A DNA stretch of 64,000 bases from an uncultured Candidatus Binatia bacterium (GCA_964291295.2 OZ219754.1:3296001-3360000); one strand, 5' to 3'. Shown: positions 13,375-22,440, counted from the first letter of the stretch. Notes: generated from the letters alone by a model not told the origin. Numbers and translations are program-made.

Positions 13375-14834
13375 GCGACGTCACATTCGTGGACACCACG
13401 CTGCGGGACGGCAACCAGAGCCTGTGGGCCTACAACATGAAGACCGCGGCCATGCTGGATGCCATCGAGCGCATGGACCAGGCGGGCTTCGAGTCCATGG
13501 AGTTCTTCAGCGCCACCATGATCAAGAAGTACGTGCGCGAGCACCGGGAGAACCCGTGGCACTGGCTGCGCGAAGGCGCCCGGCGCGCACGCAGGACGCC
13601 GCTCCGGCTGCACGGGAGCATCCGCGGCGGGCTCGAGAAAAAGCCCACCTCGGTGGCCCGGCTGTTCATCCGGCACGTGGTGGACAGCGGAATCACGCTG
13701 ACGCGCAACTCCAACCCCTGGAACGACTACGAGGTGTTCCGGCACGACGTGGACGAACTGCGCGAACTCGGCATGGACACCATCGTCAATCTGATCTACT
13801 CGGTGTCGCCCCGGCACACCGACGCCTACTACGCGCAGAAGGCCCGGGAGGCTGCCGCCCTCAAACCGGTTCGCATCTGCTTCAAGGACGTGGGCGGGCT
13901 GCTCACTCCCGAGCGCACCCGCACGCTGGTGCCCATCGTGCTGGACAACATCGGCGACACCCCGGTGGAGTTCCACGCCCACTGCAACAACGGCCTGGCA
14001 CCACTCAACTACCTGGAAGCCATCAAGCTCGGCATGACCACGATCCACACCAGCGTGCCGCCGCTGGCCAACGGCTCGGCCCAGCCCTCGGTCTTCAACA
14101 TGCTCAGGAATGTGCGCGCGGTGGGCCATGCGGTGTCGGTGGACGAGGAGGCGCTCCGGCCGGTGGAGGCGCACTTCAACTATGTGGCCCGGCGCGACCG
14201 GCTGCCGGTGGGAGCCCCCTCCACCTACGACCAGTCCGTTTACAGCCACCAGGTGCCCGGCGGCATGATCTCCAACTTCGTGCACCAGCTCCGTCTGGTG
14301 GGCATGGAGGACAGGCTGCCCGAGGCGCTGGAGGAAGCCGCCCGGGTGCGGGCCGAGTGGGGCTATCCCATCATGGTGACGCCGCTGTCCCAGTTCGTGG
14401 GCACCCAGGCCGCTTTCAACATCATCCTGGGCCAACGCTACCAGCAGGTCAGCGACCAGTCCATCCAGTACGCCCTGGGCATCTGGGGCCGGCAGGGCGC
14501 CGAGTACATGGACCCCGACGTGAAAGACAGGATCCTGAGCCGCCCCCGCGCCAAGGCATGGGAGAACTGGAAGCAACCGGAGCCGTCACTCAAGGAGGTC
14601 CGGGCGCAACTCGGCGGCCCCTCACTGTCGGACGAAGAGATGGTGATGCGGGTCTACGCCGGGGATGAAGCCGTGGAGGCGCTGCACAACGCCGGCCGCC
14701 CCCGGGAGTACCTGAGCGCGCGCCAGCCGCTGGTGCGGCTCATCAACGAACTGACGCGGCAGAACGAATACACCCAAGTGTACATCCGCAAGCCGGAGTT
14801 CTCCCTGAGCCTGGGGCGAAACGCCGGCGGCTGA
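13371..14834 (+). CDS. pyruvate carboxylase subunit B / oxaloacetate decarboxylase alpha-like carboxyltransferase, copy 2
   Basis: Same motifs as copy 1; ATGA overlap; tandem paralog at an offset of 1487 bp. Confidence 0.9.
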   Translation: MSDVTFVDTTLRDGNQSLWAYNMKTAAMLDAIERMDQAGFESMEFFSATMIKKYVREHRENPWHWLREGARRARRTPLRLHGSIRGGLEKKPTSVARLFIRHVVDSGITLTRNSNPWNDYEVFRHDVDELRELGMDTIVNLIYSVSPRHTDAYYAQKAREAAALKPVRICFKDVGGLLTPERTRTLVPIVLDNIGDTPVEFHAHCNNGLAPLNYLEAIKLGMTTIHTSVPPLANGSAQPSVFNMLRNVRAVGHAVSVDEEALRPVEAHFNYVARRDRLPVGAPSTYDQSVYSHQVPGGMISNFVHQLRLVGMEDRLPEALEEAARVRAEWGYPIMVTPLSQFVGTQAAFNIILGQRYQQVSDQSIQYALGIWGRQGAEYMDPDVKDRILSRPRAKAWENWKQPEPSLKEVRAQLGGPSLSDEEMVMRVYAGDEAVEALHNAGRPREYLSARQPLVRLINELTRQNEYTQVYIRKPEFSLSLGRNAGG

Positions 14835-14879
14835 ATCCGGTCCCGGGTGGCGGCGCTGCGGTGCCAATGCCGCCGCGGC

Positions 14880-17879
14880 TCAAGGCGCCGTCCCCTGCTC
14901 CAATGCCAGATTGAAGACGGTGTCGCTCATCCAGCGCCTGAAGCCGTCGTTGTCCATGAACTGCTTGAACAACCGGCTGTCGTCCTTCATCACCGAAGTC
15001 ATCACCCTCTGCAGAACCCTTTCGAATTCGATGCGCAGATTATCACTGTCCGAGTGCCGCCGGGCATTCCGGAAGGCGGTATCCGCCTTCACCTTCGCAG
15101 GAATGGTCTCGGTGACGAATTGCCTCACGCGGTCCGCGTCCTCCCACGGGATGTTCCCGAAGTGGTCGTTGAAATCCCTGATGATGTTCGAGAGCCGATC
15201 CAGCTCCGGCTCGCTCCCTCCGCCGCCCGCACCGGCGGTCGCCGGGTCCACCTCGGCCTCCTCGTCGGGCAGCATGATCTTGCGCACCGCCTGCTTCTCG
15301 ACCCGATAGCTGTCCATGTCGATGGTGTCCAGAATGCCCCTGGACAGGTCATCCTCGCGCGGGGACGGCAGCCTGGGAATCAGGAAGTTGAGGAAGATCG
15401 ACCGCATTTCCCAGCCGGCCCGGGTATAGGGCAGCAGGCAGGAAAGGAAAGCGTAGGCCCGGACGAACCGCCTGGCCTTGCCCTTGAACTCCACCTGCCC
15501 ATCTTCGTCGAGGTCGCGCACATAGACCGCGACGCATCCGTCGAGAATCGGGTCGAGCCGGTCCCGTCCGGCACCGTCCAGGTAGAGCCGCGCGAAGTCT
15601 TCGACCTGGCCCGGCGCATAGACCTGAGCGCGGTCCAGATCCGCCTGCAGGTCATGAAGTCTGTTCGGGTCGGTCTCGTCGGACAGGATCGTGGCGCGAT
15701 AGAAGTCTGCGAAGGCATCGCGCATGGCGTCGGCGTCGTTCAGGAAGTCCAGCACGAAGACATCGTGCTTTTTCGGATGCGCCCGGTTGAGGCGCGAGAG
15801 TGTCTGAACCGCCTGGATGCCGGACAGCGTCTTGTCCACGTACATCGTGTGCAACAGCGGCTCGTCGTAGCCGGTCTGGAACTTGTCCGCGCAGACGAGG
15901 AACCGGTAAGGGTCCTCCCGGATCTTCTCGGCAATCCGGGTGCCCGGAAAACCGTTCAGCGACGCTTCGCTGACCTTCGCACCGCCGAATTCATGCTCAC
16001 CGGAGAAAGCCACCATGGCCCGATACGGGCTCTTTCGTTCGTTCAGATAGTCACGGATGGCGCGATGGTACTGGATCGCGCGTTCGATGCCGTTGGTGAC
16101 CACCATGGCCCGCGCTTCACCGCCGATCCGATTGCGGGCGAGAACCTGTTCGTGGAAGTGGTCCACCATGATCTCGGCCTTGAGGCGGATGGCGTGGCCG
16201 TGCCCCTCGACGAAGCGCCGCAGCTTCGTCCGGGCCTTCTTCGTATCGAACTCCGGGTCGTCCTCGACGGTCTTGGCGAGTTTGTAGTAACTGGCCACCG
16301 GCGTGTAGTGCGCCAGCACGTCCAGGATGAAGCCCTCCTGGATCGCCTGTTTCATGGTGTAGCTGTGGAAGGCGCGGCGCCGGGTCGTGCCGTGCGGGTC
16401 CGGCTCGCCGAACAACTCCAGCGTCCTGTTCTTGGGCGTGGCGGTGAATGCGAAGTAGCTGGCGTTGGAAAGCAGCTTGCGCGATTCCATCAACCGGTTG
16501 ATTTGGTCCTCGAAGGTCGCGTCCTGCTCCCCCGCGCTCGCCTCGGAAAGCACCTGCCCGAGGGCCGCGCTGGTACGACCGCCCTGGCTGGAATGGGCCT
16601 CGTCGATGACGATGGCGAAACGCCGCCCGCGCTGCGCGTCGCCGATCTCGTCGAGGATGTAGGGAAACTTCTGCACCGTCGAGATGATGATCTTCCTGCC
16701 CGACTCGATGAAACGCCGCAGATCGCCCGATGCGTTGGCATGGCCGACGGTGGCCCCGACCTGGGCGTACTGCCGGATGGTGTCGTTGATCTGCCGGTCG
16801 AGAATGCGCCGGTCGGTGACCACGATGATGGAATCGAAGATGGCGGCGCCGTCCCGGGAGAGGTCGATCAACTGGTGCGCCAGCCAGGCAATGGAGTTGC
16901 TCTTGCCGCTGCCGGCGGAGTGCTGGATCAGGTAGCGTCGGCCCACGCCGTTCGCGGCAGCGTCCGCCAACAGCCGGCGGACCACATCAAGCTGATGATA
17001 GCGGGGCCAGACCTGGGTTCGTACTTTACGGCCCGTCTTCTCGTCCTTCGTCTCCACCCGCTGGGCGTAGTTCTCCAGGATATGGGTCAGATTCTCGGGG
17101 GTGAGAACCTCGCGCCACAGGTAGTCGGTCTTGATTCCATCCGGGTTCGGCGGGTTGCCGGCACCGTCGTTCCAGCCCCGGTTGAAGGGAAGGAACCACG
17201 ATGCCTTGCCCCTGAGGTGGGTGCAGAAGCGCACCTCGGCCTCGTCCACGGCGAAGTGGGCAGCGCAGCGCCCCAAGTCGAACAGCGTCTCGCGCGGGTT
17301 GCGGTCCCTCTTGTACTGCTCCACCGCGTCGTCCACCGTCTGCCGAGTGAGGTTGTTCTTGAGCTCGAAGGTAATGACCGGCAGCCCGTTGACGAAGAGC
17401 ACGAGGTCCAGCGCCCGCTGGGTCTCGTCGCGGCTGTAACGAAGCTGCCGGGTGACCGTGAAGCGGTTCGACGCGAAGCGCTCCTGCGCCCGATGGTTGG
17501 CGGGGGAAGGCGTGCCATAGAAGAGGTCCAGATCGTGCGCGCCGTGCCTGAGTCCCTTGCGCAGCACCTCCATGGTGCCCCGCTTCGAGATCCGGTCCCT
17601 CAACCGCGCCAGAAACTTGCTTCGGGTCGGCCCGTCCTGGCCCAGCGCCAGCGCTGCGGCGGCTTGGGGTTGCGTGGTGCGCAAAAAAGCGGAGAGCTGG
17701 GCCAGATCAACGCAATATTCGCGTTCGTAGTCGCCATGGCTGCCGCAGATCCAGCCCGAACCGCCGTATTCCGACGGTGGTTCAGCCACCGTGTCCGCCG
17801 CGAGCGGGTCGCAGGCATGGCCCGTGAGCGCCGTGCAGATCAGCCCTTCGAGGCCGCGTTCGCTGGTGTCGGTGGTCAA
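14880..17879 (-). CDS. hsdR: type I restriction endonuclease subunit R
   Basis: DLVLFVNGLPVITFELKN nuclease motif, HSAGSGKS, DEAH, FTATP, QTGYDEP, QTLSRLNR. Confidence 0.96.
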   Translation of the reverse strand: MTTDTSERGLEGLICTALTGHACDPLAADTVAEPPSEYGGSGWICGSHGDYEREYCVDLAQLSAFLRTTQPQAAAALALGQDGPTRSKFLARLRDRISKRGTMEVLRKGLRHGAHDLDLFYGTPSPANHRAQERFASNRFTVTRQLRYSRDETQRALDLVLFVNGLPVITFELKNNLTRQTVDDAVEQYKRDRNPRETLFDLGRCAAHFAVDEAEVRFCTHLRGKASWFLPFNRGWNDGAGNPPNPDGIKTDYLWREVLTPENLTHILENYAQRVETKDEKTGRKVRTQVWPRYHQLDVVRRLLADAAANGVGRRYLIQHSAGSGKSNSIAWLAHQLIDLSRDGAAIFDSIIVVTDRRILDRQINDTIRQYAQVGATVGHANASGDLRRFIESGRKIIISTVQKFPYILDEIGDAQRGRRFAIVIDEAHSSQGGRTSAALGQVLSEASAGEQDATFEDQINRLMESRKLLSNASYFAFTATPKNRTLELFGEPDPHGTTRRRAFHSYTMKQAIQEGFILDVLAHYTPVASYYKLAKTVEDDPEFDTKKARTKLRRFVEGHGHAIRLKAEIMVDHFHEQVLARNRIGGEARAMVVTNGIERAIQYHRAIRDYLNERKSPYRAMVAFSGEHEFGGAKVSEASLNGFPGTRIAEKIREDPYRFLVCADKFQTGYDEPLLHTMYVDKTLSGIQAVQTLSRLNRAHPKKHDVFVLDFLNDADAMRDAFADFYRATILSDETDPNRLHDLQADLDRAQVYAPGQVEDFARLYLDGAGRDRLDPILDGCVAVYVRDLDEDGQVEFKGKARRFVRAYAFLSCLLPYTRAGWEMRSIFLNFLIPRLPSPREDDLSRGILDTIDMDSYRVEKQAVRKIMLPDEEAEVDPATAGAGGGGSEPELDRLSNIIRDFNDHFGNIPWEDADRVRQFVTETIPAKVKADTAFRNARRHSDSDNLRIEFERVLQRVMTSVMKDDSRLFKQFMDNDGFRRWMSDTVFNLALEQGTAP

Positions 17880-17896
17880 GATTTGGTGCCCGCTTC

Positions 17897-18214
17897 TCAG
17901 ATCGGGACCTCCCGCACCTGTCCTGGCAGCACCTCGTCAATCGCCGCGCGAATTTCTTCGGTTCGATGCTGTACCCGCGGCCACGGCGTAGCCATCAGCA
18001 CGACGACGGCCAGCCTTCTTCCGGTCAGATTCTGCTGATAACGCATGTTCCGGTCCGTGGTCACGATGACCTGATATCCTTCCTCTTCGGCTCTTCGGAT
18101 CAATTCCCCATTCTCCAGCAACTCCCATCCCCTCTCCGCAGACCTGTCCACCGAATGTTCTGACAAGTGCCTGCGAAGGGGTGCCGGAGTCCCGTGGTCG
18201 AAGAGAATTTTCAC
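17897..18214 (-). CDS. DUF5615 / VapC45-like PIN-fold toxin
   Basis: KILFDHGTP...GWELLENGELI...VTTDRNMRYQQNL; GTGA overlap with the DUF433 stop. Confidence 0.8.
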   Translation of the reverse strand: MKILFDHGTPAPLRRHLSEHSVDRSAERGWELLENGELIRRAEEEGYQVIVTTDRNMRYQQNLTGRRLAVVVLMATPWPRVQHRTEEIRAAIDEVLPGQVREVPI

Positions 18215-18438
18215 GATTGCAGGGTCGTCCTGAGGGCCTCGGCTTCGTGCTTGAGCACAGCGGCCACCTGCCACGGTTTGACCTCGGGGTACCACTCCAG
18301 GAATTCGTTCACGGTGGCACCGCTCTCGAGACTCTCGAAAAGAGCATAAACCGGCACCCGGGTTCCCGTGAAGGCCCAAGCCCCACTGATCTTGCGGGGA
18401 TTCCGTTCCACCGCAGCACAGGTTGTCCAGTTCGTCAT
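18211..18438 (-). CDS. DUF433 family antitoxin (own RBS, in frame with the upstream macrodomain)
   Basis: PRKISGAWAFTGTRVPVYALFESLESGATVNEFLEWYP; AGAGGAGG RBS before the ATG at 18438. Confidence 0.85.
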   Translation of the reverse strand: MTNWTTCAAVERNPRKISGAWAFTGTRVPVYALFESLESGATVNEFLEWYPEVKPWQVAAVLKHEAEALRTTLQS

Positions 18439-19020
18439 CTCTGTGACCTCCTCTTGGTTCGCGTCACCCTCTACAGATTCATCCAGGACAGGGGTGGGCA
18501 TTCCTGATTCCTGCGGCAAGACGCTGGCAGCTTCGCGGCCGCGCGGCCCCCTCTCCGCCTCCGGTGCGCCGCCTGGCTCGAAAACGACGACATCCAGGTT
18601 ATCGAAGCCACGAAAGGTTTCCTCGATGCGCGGGCGCACGTCGCACCATTCCAGTCCGCCCAGGCCGCAACCCAGCGGCGGTACCGCAATCGAACGTATC
18701 CCGCGTTCGCGTATCACTGTCGCAAGGTCATCCAACCCGGCCTGGATGTCTTCGATCCTGCTCTTGTCCCGCCAATGCCGCTTGGTCGGGAAGTTGACGA
18801 TGAAGCGGGGATTGGCGAGGAGGCGCGTTTCGAAAACGAACATGCGGCCGGGCCGGACCCCTCCCCCCTTGCAGGCCTCGGCATACGCGCGGAAATCCTC
18901 GGGAAACGCCTTCTTGAACTGAAGCGCAAGCCCGCGTCCCATCACCCCCACGCAGTTGACCGTGTTGACCAGGGCCTCGGCATCCTGGGCGAGGATGTTA
19001 CCGGCTTTGAAGTGAATCAT
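18211..19020 (-). CDS. DarG-type macrodomain (no DarG C-terminal domain), reading through into DUF433
   Basis: GNILAQDAEALVNTVNCVGVMGRGLALQFK, NFPTKRHW, PPLGCGLGGLEW. No stop codon before DUF433. Confidence 0.85.
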   Translation of the reverse strand: MIHFKAGNILAQDAEALVNTVNCVGVMGRGLALQFKKAFPEDFRAYAEACKGGGVRPGRMFVFETRLLANPRFIVNFPTKRHWRDKSRIEDIQAGLDDLATVIRERGIRSIAVPPLGCGLGGLEWCDVRPRIEETFRGFDNLDVVVFEPGGAPEAERGPRGREAASVLPQESGMPTPVLDESVEGDANQEEVTEMTNWTTCAAVERNPRKISGAWAFTGTRVPVYALFESLESGATVNEFLEWYPEVKPWQVAAVLKHEAEALRTTLQS

Positions 19021-19043
19021 CGGTGCCCTCTTCGTGTCACCTT

Positions 19044-19101
19044 GATAATACCACTTCGACTGAGGCACGACAGTGGGCCGTTGAGCAGCGGGCGGTGTCA
19101 T
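19044..19101 (-). pseudogene. darT remnant (N- and C-terminal stubs joined by an internal deletion)
   Basis: GGAGG RBS then MTPPA-AQRPTVVPQSKWYY followed by CAA (plausibly a former TAA), directly upstream of the DarG macrodomain. Confidence 0.55.
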
Positions 19102-19124
19102 GGTCAACCCACCGCCTCCGCCGA

Positions 19125-19832
19125 TCAGTCCCCGGGACCGAATGCCGGCTCGTCGTCGGAATCGGGACGATCACCCGTTCCGCCAGCGGCAGCCAGAGGA
19201 TCGATTTCCGGCAGAGAGGTCGCTGCTTGGCGCACATCCAGCTTGCCGGTCACGACATCGGCGATCAGACGGGTGCGGTACTCGCGGAGCAGGTCGATCT
19301 CGCTTTGCGCTTGAGCGATGCCCGCCTGGATCTTCTCGACCATGTGGTCGAGAAAGCGGGCGATGGCGGTCTGCTCAATGGAGGAAGGGATGGGAACAAG
19401 CCGCCGATAGGCTTCCTCTCGAGCAAGACCTGGAATCGCAGAGTCGTTGTTTACCGCATCAAGGCGTAGACAACCGAGCACGTAATACAACCAGAGAATA
19501 TGCGCAGGTGAAAATCGCTTGTCGACAAAAAACGTCGTGTCGATCGCGAAAACACATACGGGAGAATAGTGTACTTTACCAAATGAACCCTTTCGACCGA
19601 CGATTATACAAGGAGCCTCTGTGTTTGCCACCTGGTGTAAACCGACACGGCCATTTGAACCGAAAACTGGAGTGTTTCCAACACGACGTACTTCGGTAGA
19701 GAGAGAATCACCGTACTCCATTCGGCAAATCTGCTTCAGTCGCCTTACCTCCCAATGCACCGGCACCTCTCCCAGCCACTCGACCCCGGAGTCCTTGTAA
19801 CGTGGATATGGTTTGAGTTCGGCGGCCATCAC
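19125..19832 (-). CDS. hsdS: type I R-M specificity subunit, half length (single TRD)
   Basis: KPYPRYKDSGVEWLGEVPVHWEV, one AT-rich TRD, then EQTAIARFLD and EYRTRLIADVVTGKLDVR; 235 aa. Confidence 0.9.
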   Translation of the reverse strand: MMAAELKPYPRYKDSGVEWLGEVPVHWEVRRLKQICRMEYGDSLSTEVRRVGNTPVFGSNGRVGLHQVANTEAPCIIVGRKGSFGKVHYSPVCVFAIDTTFFVDKRFSPAHILWLYYVLGCLRLDAVNNDSAIPGLAREEAYRRLVPIPSSIEQTAIARFLDHMVEKIQAGIAQAQSEIDLLREYRTRLIADVVTGKLDVRQAATSLPEIDPLAAAGGTGDRPDSDDEPAFGPGD

Positions 19833-19833
19833 A

Positions 19834-20075
19834 TCAGCCGAAAAGGGTGTCGCGCACTGTCTGCCTTGGCAAATGGAGGAAGTCCGCCGTGTCGGCGACG
19901 ATCGCGTTCAGGGTTCCGACCCGCACGTCCCGATGTCGCGGCACGGTCACTTGATGCCTCCCGCCGTCGGCGGCACCGTCATGTGGCTGCCTCGGCTCCG
20001 AGTCAAGCGACGGCCGTGGTGAGGGGCAAACCGCCGGGCGACTTCGGTGGCCGAGAGGTCGCGGGGCAGTTTCAT
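19834..20075 (-). pseudogene. hicA: HicA-family toxin, frameshifted
   Basis: MKLPRDLSATEVARR...RSRGSHM...GGIK* in one frame; HQVTVPRHRDVRVGTLNAIVAD...LFG* in the adjacent frame. Confidence 0.8.
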
Positions 20076-20314
20076 GCCGCGATGGCCTCTTCCCGGACGA
20101 GATGCAGCCGGATCACGCGCGGCGCCTTGTCTTCATCGAAGTGGCAGGGCACGGCGTCTCTCGCCATCTCCTTCAGATCGTCCCAGTCCTCTCCCTGCGT
20201 GTGGATGCCGTATCCGGGCGCCTTGGCGTCGTACCCGCCTTCGACCGCTTCTGTGACCTCGAAAATGATTTCCGCTGGCCGCACCTGCGACACCGTGCTT
20301 GGATTTTCATTCAT
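20072..20314 (-). CDS. HicB-like antitoxin (short form)
   Basis: EIIFEVTEAVEGGYDAKAPGYGIHTQGEDWDDLKEMARDAV; ATGA overlap with hicA. Confidence 0.8.
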   Translation of the reverse strand: MNENPSTVSQVRPAEIIFEVTEAVEGGYDAKAPGYGIHTQGEDWDDLKEMARDAVPCHFDEDKAPRVIRLHLVREEAIAA

Positions 20315-20378
20315 TGTTCGCCTCATCCGCCCTTGTCTTCTTGTCGCCAAAGTCGGTCCGGCACGGCCGCCACGCGGC

Positions 20379-20999
20379 TCACTTCACGGGGAACCACTCC
20401 TGCAATGTACAGCGCAGCCTTTGGAAGGACCGATCCTTGCAGCCTTTGAGCGACACCCGTTCGGCGATCTGCTGGTACAGCGACGTGCTACGAGGAATCC
20501 CCGCTGCGTGCAACGCCGCATGGAATGCCTCTTTGGGACACGGGGACTTCAAGGCACCCGCAGACATCCAGCCATTTTCGACCAGCCAGTCACGCAGCGG
20601 CGGCTTCCTGCCCGACCAGCCGGCCACTTTGGCCACATGGGGAGAATCTGACCAGACCCAGGCCTCGAGTTCGGGGTCCACGACGACGGTTCGAGCCCGT
20701 TCACCCCAAAGGGAACTGGCGAAGCGTTGATCCATCTCGCGCTGGAGTTCTTCCGGGGCGGTTGTCTCGCGCCCGCTGCCTTGATGGTCGAATAGCAGCA
20801 GACCGTGGCGGTACTGCTTGACGAAGTCGGACAGGAACGATAACCCCTCACGCACGCACGCCGGATCGTGCTGCGGATGGACATGGATGTCATGCGCGAT
20901 TGGCCGGATACCCATCGCCCGCGGTCTCGATAACAGTCCCTTCAGCGCGTGCTGCATGTCCTTGTCGGCCACCAGCACGACCAAGTCCTTTTCGGTCAC
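20379..20999 (-). CDS. MAD4-like / TOPRIM-like partner of a defence ATPase
   Basis: DLVVLVADKDM, HDPAC, LLFDHQGSG, DPELEAWVW, PKEA; GTGA-coupled to the ATPase. Family assigned from recollection. Confidence 0.65.
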   Translation of the reverse strand: MTEKDLVVLVADKDMQHALKGLLSRPRAMGIRPIAHDIHVHPQHDPACVREGLSFLSDFVKQYRHGLLLFDHQGSGRETTAPEELQREMDQRFASSLWGERARTVVVDPELEAWVWSDSPHVAKVAGWSGRKPPLRDWLVENGWMSAGALKSPCPKEAFHAALHAAGIPRSTSLYQQIAERVSLKGCKDRSFQRLRCTLQEWFPVK

Positions 21000-22252
21000 C
21001 CCAACACTCCGGATGCCAGCAGCGTGCCGAGGTCGACGTCCTGCTGCCACTCTCGAAGCCGCGGGTGTTCGGAGCCGGGAACGATGTCGGTCGCGCCCTG
21101 GTCATCCTTCGCGAAGCAAAGCACCTCATCTCCGCTCGCGGCGTTCAACACCAACGGCGAGTGGGTCGCCAGCAGTACCTGGGCCGTGTACATGGAACGG
21201 AGGGAGTCGTAGACGGTGGCCACGGCACCGGGGTGAATCCCGTTCTCCGGCTCCTCTATCAGGTAGATCCCGCTCAGATCGGCAAGATACGCGGGCAGCG
21301 TGAGCGCCGTCAGTCGGAGTGTGCCGTCCGAGACAAGCCACGACGGAACCTTCAGGCGTCCGGCATATTCGTAGATCATGTAGCAGTGCCGGTCCTCCGG
21401 ACGTTCGATGGTCCTGATGTCCTCCAGGTCGGGAAGCGCCGTTTGCAAGTGCTTGATCCACGCCGCATGACGTCTTGGATCGCGCTTCCGAAGGCGAGCC
21501 ACGACCCAGGAGAGATTGGAGCCGTCCGGCAGGAACCCGGCGGCGCGCGTCGGCGGACTCGGGCGGCGGATCGCGCGGCTGTTGAGCATCAACCGCTGGA
21601 TGCGCGAATTGAGGTATTCGCGAAACCAGGTCGCTATTGAGAACGAATCTTCGTCCGCCGGGAGATTGCGCAACGCCGATCTCTTCGGCCCAAGCTTGAA
21701 AGATGGCGCCCAACTCCGGTCCGACGGTTTGGAATCGTTGTAGAAGTTGTCGTTACCTCCTTTGACCTTGTTGACCAAAACCTTGCGGTCCGACAGTCTG
21801 GTGCTTTCCTGAAGCGATGCCGGCGCTGCCGGAACCTGGGGAAAAAGCTCGCGCTGCTCCGCCGCGCGCACACCGGCCTTCTTCAAAAGCAGCGTCTCGG
21901 CCTTGAACTCGAACTGGCGCTCGGTGTCGTCGAAACCGATCTCCACCTGATACCGCACCGTATCCAGCTCCGGCTTCATCGACCGCTCGCGGAGATGGTC
22001 CGGCACCGTGGCCTCGACGGCCAGTTCCAGGCCGCTCCCGCAGCCACGGAACAACAGGTTGAGCGGATCCGAAGCGCGGTCTTCCAGGGCCTGTTCCAGG
22101 CCGTTCGATACGATGTCGCCGAGGAAGCCGATGACATCCAGGAAAGTCGTCTTGCCCGAAGCATTGGGGCCGACCAGGACGTGGAAAGGCTTCAGGGGCC
22201 GCGCCACATACTGCAGGCAGCGGTAGTTCAACGCTTCCACCAACGTGATCAC
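20996..22252 (-). CDS. ABC/AAA_21-type defence ATPase (MAD3-like)
   Basis: NYRCL, GPNASGKTT Walker A, VSDGTLR signature, IEEPENGIHP Walker B, ATHSP. Confidence 0.85.
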   Translation of the reverse strand: MITLVEALNYRCLQYVARPLKPFHVLVGPNASGKTTFLDVIGFLGDIVSNGLEQALEDRASDPLNLLFRGCGSGLELAVEATVPDHLRERSMKPELDTVRYQVEIGFDDTERQFEFKAETLLLKKAGVRAAEQRELFPQVPAAPASLQESTRLSDRKVLVNKVKGGNDNFYNDSKPSDRSWAPSFKLGPKRSALRNLPADEDSFSIATWFREYLNSRIQRLMLNSRAIRRPSPPTRAAGFLPDGSNLSWVVARLRKRDPRRHAAWIKHLQTALPDLEDIRTIERPEDRHCYMIYEYAGRLKVPSWLVSDGTLRLTALTLPAYLADLSGIYLIEEPENGIHPGAVATVYDSLRSMYTAQVLLATHSPLVLNAASGDEVLCFAKDDQGATDIVPGSEHPRLREWQQDVDLGTLLASGVLG

Positions 22253-22440
22253 CGCCGCTCCCCATCGGGCGATCCCGCGTCCGGAATGTAGTGCAACAGG
22301 TCCTCCGTCTCCCCCTCGATCGCCAGAATATCTGTGCGAATGTCCTTCAGGGGTCGCTTCGGCTGTGGCCTGTAGAAGTACCGGTTGAGGCTGCCCTCGT
22401 AGCCGACTTGCCGTGTGCTCCCTGGAGAAACCCGCGTATC
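22249..22440 (-). pseudogene. orphaned second copy of the hsdM 3' end
   Basis: Translates as VGYEGSLNRYFYRPQPKRPLKDIRTDILAIE...ERR*, matching HsdM IGYEISFNRYFYKPQPLRTLGEIRTDILQLQ. No start codon; its TGA overlaps the ATPase GTG. Confidence 0.85.

Noticed and set aside
14847-18038. 1063-aa plus-strand ORF and similar long antisense ORFs (23238-26687, 47561-49849, 50252-53143)
   Set aside because: These are shadows of real genes on the opposite strand in high-GC DNA, with no recognisable motifs.
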